Source: Octopus bimaculoides
Taxonomy: Eukaryota
NCBI RefSeq assembly: GCF_001194135.2
Contig: NC_068984.1
Span: 135,722,342-135,786,341 of the forward strand
Direction of reading: 5' to 3'
Length of the DNA stretch: 64,000 nucleotides
The notes under the pieces are model-generated. The model worked only from the letters and a program-made list of their open reading frames with translations, was not told where the DNA came from and made no database searches. Numbering within the stretch: position 1 is the stretch's first letter; each line of letters opens with the position of its first letter. Of this stretch, positions 63,491 through 64,000 are shown in pieces. The translations under genes were made by a program, and so were the position numbers.

Positions 63491-64000
63491 ATACATACAT
63501 NNNNNNNNNNATACATATACATACATATATATACATAATGATCAACTATGTAACTAAGCTGTTTTAACATTTGATGTGTGACACTGGAAGATCCTGTTTT
63601 ATATATATACTTGTATATCTGTGTGTGTACATGTACGAATGTATATGTTTTATGCGAGTGTTATTGATTTTAAGATATCATACGGACGTTGCATGTTTCA
63701 TCATTTTGGAATTTTGCAAGAAACTCTATTAGAAATGAATTACAAAAGAAAACAATAACAGAAGCAAAACTGTAGAAATATATAAAGAAATTTTCCTTGA
63801 TTAAATTCAGGTGCTGCATCTAATTACTGCTCGGCAAAACAAACATACTAATTACGATGTCACTATGTATGTCAAATGTAAAACTGCATGCAAATTCACA
63901 TCATTGTAGCTGATGTTTTATATATAACGTTCAGCTAGTATATGGTAATTATTTATAGATTCCTAGACACACACACAAACACACACAAACACACACAAAC

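Overview
This is AT-rich animal genomic DNA from a gapped short-read assembly: most N-gaps sit next to (TA)n, (CA)n or (AAT)n runs. It is intronic or intergenic in character. The SINE families and microsatellite load point to a coleoid cephalopod, probably Octopus (inference). I found no intact, recognisable protein-coding gene, no true tRNA/rRNA gene and no CRISPR array. Nearly all ORFs in the supplied track are artefacts of microsatellites or N-gaps. Supported content: about 20 copies of four tRNA-type SINE families (my labels A-D); decayed LINE fragments (CR1/L2-type endonuclease and RT, an RTE 3' end, and six R4/Dong-type fragments, each abutting (AAT)n or derived trinucleotide runs, three stacked head-to-tail at 27.1-28.8 kb); two long foldback inverted repeats (1.9-2.95 kb and 40.8-41.45 kb); three MITEs (mariner-type, hAT-type, unclassified hairpin); and a composite minisatellite. 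The most notable element is a type I hammerhead-ribozyme-like motif (48001-48107, minus strand) next to a possible Penelope-like remnant. A few low-confidence splice-site-bounded segments hint at a minus-strand host gene starting near 57.9 kb. All identities were judged by eye; no database search or folding program was run.
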